From Phycisphaera mikurensis NBRC 102666 (GTDB lineage Bacteria; Planctomycetota; Phycisphaerae; Phycisphaerales; Phycisphaeraceae), in the NCBI RefSeq assembly GCF_000284115.1, contig NC_017080.1, forward strand, positions 420,001 to 452,000: DNA of 32,000 bases. The letters are read 5' to 3'. The translations under genes and the position numbers were made by a program. This document shows, piece after piece, positions 29,494 to 32,000 of the stretch. Within the stretch, counting starts at the first letter, position 1, and each line of letters starts with the position of its first letter. The notes under the pieces are model-generated. The model made no database searches and had not been told where the DNA came from. It was given only the letters and a program-made list of their open reading frames with translations.

Positions 29494-30671
29494 GCGGTGC
29501 CTTCCCCTCGGTCCGCGTCCCGCACGAGCGGCGCGGCGGCGGCGGCGCCGAGCGCATCGACGTGTCGGTGGTCGTGCCGGTTTACAACGAGGAGGGCGCG
29601 GCGGCGCAGCTGGTCTGCGAGGTCGTCGCCGTCCTCGACGAACAAGCGGCCCGGGGCCGCCGCTACGAGGCCCTCTTCATCTCCGACGGAAGCCTCGACC
29701 GCACGGTGGAGCGGCTGCGCGAGGCCGCGGGCGACGACCCGCGGGTGGCCATCGTGCAGCTGATGCGCAACTTCGGGCAGACCGCGGCGACCGCCGCGGG
29801 CTTCGACCTGGCACGCGGGGCCGTGGTGGTGCCGATGGACGGCGACCTTCAGAACGATCCCGCCGACATCCCCAGGCTCGTCGCCAAGCTCGACGAGGGC
29901 GGCGACGCGCCCGGCCGGTGGGACGTCGTCTCGGGCTGGCGGCGCGACCGGCAGGACCGGCTGCTGTCGCGGCGGCTGCCCTCGATCGTGGCGAACCGGC
30001 TGATCAAGCGGCTGACCTGGACGCGGGAGATCCACGACTTCGGCTGCTCGCTGAAGGCCTACCGCCGCGAGATCCTCGACGACGTCACGATCTACGGCGA
30101 GATGCACCGCTTCCTGCCGGCGATCTGCAAGTGGCGGGGGGCCCGGATCACCGAGCTGGAGGTGAACCACCGGCCCCGGGCCCACGGCAAGAGCAAGTAC
30201 GGGCTCAAGCGGACCGGGAAGGTCCTGCTGGACCTCATGACCGTGAAGTTCCTGGGCGACTACCTCACCAAGCCGATCTACTTCTTCGGGAAGCTCGCCG
30301 CGATCTCGCTGCTGGTCTCCGGCGTGGGGGTGGTCTTCGCGCTGGTCCAGAAGCTCGGCCACCTCACCGAGCACGGCCAGCCGGTGATGCTCAACGACAA
30401 CATCCTGGTTCTGCTGGCGCTGCTCACGTTCATGATGACGGTGCTGTTCCTGGTGATCGGCGTGCTCTCGGAGCTGATGGTGCGGATCTACTACGAGAGT
30501 CAGGACCGGGCGCCGTACAAGATCCGATCGCTGGACCGCGGCCTCGGCGGCGGGCCCGACGGCGGCGGGGCGGTGCCCGCGGACCGCGGCGCGGGGGAAC
30601 CGTTCGCGGCCGCGGTCCGCGGGCATGCGGCGGCGGCCGGGCCGCTGGAGCGGGCGCCGGGCGCCGCCTGA
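29490..30671 (+). CDS. Glycosyltransferase family 2, dolichol-/undecaprenyl-phosphate sugar transferase type with C-terminal TM pair (GTG start)
   Basis: DVSVVVPVYNEEGAAAQLVCEVVAVLDEQ...ISDGSLDRTVERL...NFGQTAATAAGFDLARG...MDGDLQNDPADIPRL...FLGDYLTKPIYFFGKLAAIS; YYESQDRAPY. Confidence 0.93.
   Translation: MSGAFPSVRVPHERRGGGGAERIDVSVVVPVYNEEGAAAQLVCEVVAVLDEQAARGRRYEALFISDGSLDRTVERLREAAGDDPRVAIVQLMRNFGQTAATAAGFDLARGAVVVPMDGDLQNDPADIPRLVAKLDEGGDAPGRWDVVSGWRRDRQDRLLSRRLPSIVANRLIKRLTWTREIHDFGCSLKAYRREILDDVTIYGEMHRFLPAICKWRGARITELEVNHRPRAHGKSKYGLKRTGKVLLDLMTVKFLGDYLTKPIYFFGKLAAISLLVSGVGVVFALVQKLGHLTEHGQPVMLNDNILVLLALLTFMMTVLFLVIGVLSELMVRIYYESQDRAPYKIRSLDRGLGGGPDGGGAVPADRGAGEPFAAAVRGHAAAAGPLERAPGAA
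30577..30622 (+). repeat. 46-bp interrupted palindrome, copy 8 (full 16-bp arms 30575-30590 / 30609-30624), inside the 3' end of the GT2 CDS
   Basis: GCCCGCGGACCGCGGC ... GCCGCGGTCCGCGGGC, perfect reverse complements. Confidence 0.85.
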
Positions 30672-30738
30672 GCCGCACCGCCGCGCCGCCGACGCCCGCG
30701 TGCGCACGCGGTCTCGCGTGGCGGCACCCCGAAGACCG

Positions 30739-31674
30739 ATGGTGAACCCCTTGGCGCTGCTCCTTTCCCCGAACCCGCCAGTCGGCGTGCCCGCCGCGAC
30801 GCCCGACGCCGCGGCCCCGCTGGAGCCGGTCGCCGCGCTGCCCGGACCGATCGCCGTGGACACGCACGCGCACCTGCACGCGGCGTGGCCGCTGGCGTCG
30901 GCGCTGCGCAGCTCGCTGCGCCACGCGCAGCGGGCCGGTGCGGGCGCGGCGGTGCTCTGCCTGGCACGCGGCCCGGGGGAGGGCGGTTTCGAGCGGCTCG
31001 CCGGCGGCGGGGTGGCGGGGTTGCCGGCGCTTGCCCCCACCGCCGAGGCGGGCGTGCTGCGGGCGCCGCCGGAGGGCCCCGGCGGGATCCCGCTGGCGGT
31101 GGTCGATGGCCGGCAGCTGGTGACCGCCGAGCGGATCGAGGTGCTCGCGCTCGCGCTGGACCCCAACGCGGCACTCCGCGGGGGCCTGCCCCTGCACGAC
31201 ACGCTGGCCGCCGTCGCGGCGGCGGGGGCCGTGCCGGTGCTGCCGCACGGCGTGGGCAAGTGGCTCGGGCGGCGCGGCCGGCTGGTGGCCCGCGCCATCG
31301 ATCAGGCCCGGGGGGGCCGCCGGGCGCCGGCCTGGGGGCCGCGGCTGTGCGTCGCCGACAACGCCGGCCGCTTCACGCTCGGGCCGCGGCCGGCCGTCCT
31401 CGACCAGGCCGCCGCGCTGGGCATGACGATCCTCGCCGGCTCCGACCCGCTGCCGGTCCCCGGGGCCGGCGCCCGGCTGGGCGGCTTCGGGGTGGTGCTG
31501 CCCGGTCCGGTGCCCGTGGACGCGGTCGCGGCCTCGCTCCGCCGGCTGCTCCCGCTGCTGGGGCCGACGCCGCAGCGCTTCGGCGGCCACGCGGGAACCG
31601 CCCGCTCGCTCGCCGAGCAGGCCGCGCTGCGCCTGCTCGGGCGGCGGCAGAAGGCTGGGCGGTGTCCGGTTTGA
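30739..31674 (+). CDS. Uncharacterised protein with metal-hydrolase-like DTHAHLH motif
   Basis: MVNPLALLLSPNPPVGVP...GPIAVDTHAHLHAAWPLASALRSSLRHAQRAGAGAAVLCLARG; start/stop well defined and coupled to the next gene; family not recognised with confidence. Confidence 0.7.
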   Translation: MVNPLALLLSPNPPVGVPAATPDAAAPLEPVAALPGPIAVDTHAHLHAAWPLASALRSSLRHAQRAGAGAAVLCLARGPGEGGFERLAGGGVAGLPALAPTAEAGVLRAPPEGPGGIPLAVVDGRQLVTAERIEVLALALDPNAALRGGLPLHDTLAAVAAAGAVPVLPHGVGKWLGRRGRLVARAIDQARGGRRAPAWGPRLCVADNAGRFTLGPRPAVLDQAAALGMTILAGSDPLPVPGAGARLGGFGVVLPGPVPVDAVAASLRRLLPLLGPTPQRFGGHAGTARSLAEQAALRLLGRRQKAGRCPV

Positions 31675-32000
31675 GCGCGGCCGGCGACGACGCGCACGCG
31701 GGCGCCGGCCTGGCGGTGACCGCCTCGGCCGCGGCGGCGCGCAGCCACGGGCTCATCGTCGTCGGCGGCGGGATCCAGGGTGTGATGGTGGCGCTCGAGG
31801 CCGCCCGCCGCGGGCACCGCCCGCTGCTGCTCGAAGCCGGGGATTTTGGCGGCGCCACGACCGCGGCGTCGCTCCGCATCGTCCACGGCGGGCTGCGGTA
31901 CCTGCAGTCGGCCGACGTCCGCCGCTTCCTGGAGAGCGTCAACGAGCGGCGTTGGTTCCTGCGGCACTTCCCCGACCTCGTGCGGCCGCTGCCGTGCCTG
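31671..32000 (+). CDS. FAD-dependent oxidoreductase, GlpD/DAO-like, N-terminal part (TTG start; truncated by window end)
   Basis: HGLIVVGGGIQGVMVALEAARRGHRPLLLEAGDFGGATTAASLRIVHGGLRYLQSADVRRFLESVNERRWFLRHFPDLVRPLPCL. Confidence 0.88.
   Translation, partial: MSAAGDDAHAGAGLAVTASAAAARSHGLIVVGGGIQGVMVALEAARRGHRPLLLEAGDFGGATTAASLRIVHGGLRYLQSADVRRFLESVNERRWFLRHFPDLVRPLPCL

Overview
The window is very GC-rich (planctomycete-like by gene content; the taxonomy is inference). It has about 23 confident protein genes and no sign of prophage, IS elements, CRISPR or tRNA/rRNA. The left part is housekeeping: an ABC-ATPase 3' end, rpmI-rplT, clpC, an HDOD-GGDEF signalling protein, asd, a PfkB sugar kinase, a 1489-aa secreted PQQ/BamB-like propeller protein, glyA, a DUF2721-like membrane protein, a calcineurin-like phosphoesterase, an NAD-dependent epimerase, a DUF4056-like lipoprotein and comF. 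The right part (about 19.3-31.7 kb) is a polysaccharide/glycan-type locus: six glycosyltransferases in a co-directional run or next to it, plus a hexapeptide acyltransferase, a Gfo/Idh/MocA oxidoreductase, an SDR, one divergent GT2, an unassigned HxH-containing protein and the start of a GlpD-like FAD enzyme. The strongest undescribed signal is a dispersed repeat of fixed geometry, CCGCGGACCG-N26-CGGTCCGCGG (46 bp). It occurs six times with perfect 10-bp arms and twice more with one mismatch. The outer arms are conserved, the 26-nt interior is variable, and copies lie both between and inside genes. Other leads are a 155-bp intergenic element bounded by near-perfect 25-bp inverted repeats, a good sigma-54-type -24/-12 promoter ahead of clpC, recurring TAnnnT boxes 4-9 nt upstream of start codons (candidate leaderless transcription), and repeated NTGA stop/start overlaps in the glycan locus.
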